64,000 nt of DNA from Bdellovibrionales bacterium. GTDB taxonomy: Bacteria; Bdellovibrionota; Bdellovibrionia; Bdellovibrionales; UBA1609. The position numbers and the translations under genes are program-made. Where the stretch lies: contig CBDATD010000002.1 of the NCBI GenBank assembly GCA_965199935.1, positions 128,050 through 192,049 of the forward strand, given 5' to 3'. Each line of letters begins with the position of its first letter. Positions within the stretch are counted from its first letter, which is position 1. Shown one piece after another: positions 63,890 to 64,000 of the stretch. The notes beneath the pieces were generated by a model. The model was not told the DNA's origin. It made no database searches and saw nothing but the letters and a program-made list of their open reading frames with translations.

Positions 63890-64000
63890 GCGTTGTTTTA
63901 TCACTAAATTTTAAGGTATCCAAGTGCGAACAAGTGGAGAAGATGATTTTTTTTGTTATTGACAGACGTAAAAGATTTTTACTTTGAAAAGTCTTCTGCC

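Noticed and set aside
33813-64000. Search for an integrase, tRNA/tmRNA gene or CRISPR array that could explain the island
   Set aside because: None was found by eye. The only transposase-like sequence is an HTH-only relic (41437..41849), there are no cloverleaf-like GC-rich ~75-nt segments, and no short regularly spaced repeats with unique spacers. Absence cannot be proven without tRNAscan or HMM scans.

Overview
This is a bacterial chromosomal window with two different halves. I cannot assign a taxon. The AgmX/PglI-type gliding-motility-like cluster and the low GC suggest a myxobacteria- or Bdellovibrio-like lineage, but that is inference only.

Bases 1 to about 33.8 kb are a dense, mostly housekeeping region:
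- a TPR, FHA+AgmX/PglI-tail, TolQ/ExbB-like and 2x TolR/ExbD-like cluster
- rpoN, metK, a BCCT transporter, rpsN, citrate synthase, gloB, secG and a sufE-like gene
- rpsR, rpmB with a translationally coupled L24-like KOW gene, and the membrane pyrophosphatase hppA
- a CpaF-type ATPase, MscS and folE2
- uvrA, which is broken by two +1 shifts, each in a homopolymer run
- purF, ldcA, mpl, a ybgF-like gene, tsaD, a pseudouridine synthase and a VKOR-DsbA fusion

Two intergenic loci (4.9-5.3 kb and 11.1-11.8 kb) carry the same mosaic family of roughly 140-bp repeats. They are not CRISPR.

From about 33.9 kb to the end the sequence is visibly more AT-rich and looks like an accessory or defence-type island. 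It contains:
- three DUF4143-type AAA ATPases, each preceded by its own pair of direct repeats
- an Rpn/YhgA-like nuclease
- a toxin-antitoxin pair whose toxin is broken by a 10-bp tandem duplication
- IS and protease remnants
- a MotA-like / HNH / OmpA-MotB-like trio (Zorya type II-like, unusual gene order, with a perfect 180-bp in-frame duplication in the coiled-coil tail)
- a DUF4145-like + DUF4209-like gene pair
- a TIR protein and two ankyrin proteins
- a membrane-tethered GrpE-like / lidless Hsp70 / TerB+J-like / M48 protease operon
- a Shedu-like (DUF4263) nuclease and a class-3 lipase

The most striking observation is structural. Between 39.6 and 61.4 kb, at least seven decaying copies of the 3' end of one intact minus-strand gene (61401..62783) sit exactly at the borders between these unrelated cassettes. 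Each copy includes the stop codon and about 20 nt downstream. This suggests serial insertion at a single hotspot, or alternatively a bank of silent C-terminal cassettes. No integrase, tRNA, rRNA or CRISPR array was found in the window. All domain calls come from reading motifs in the supplied translations, with no database search.
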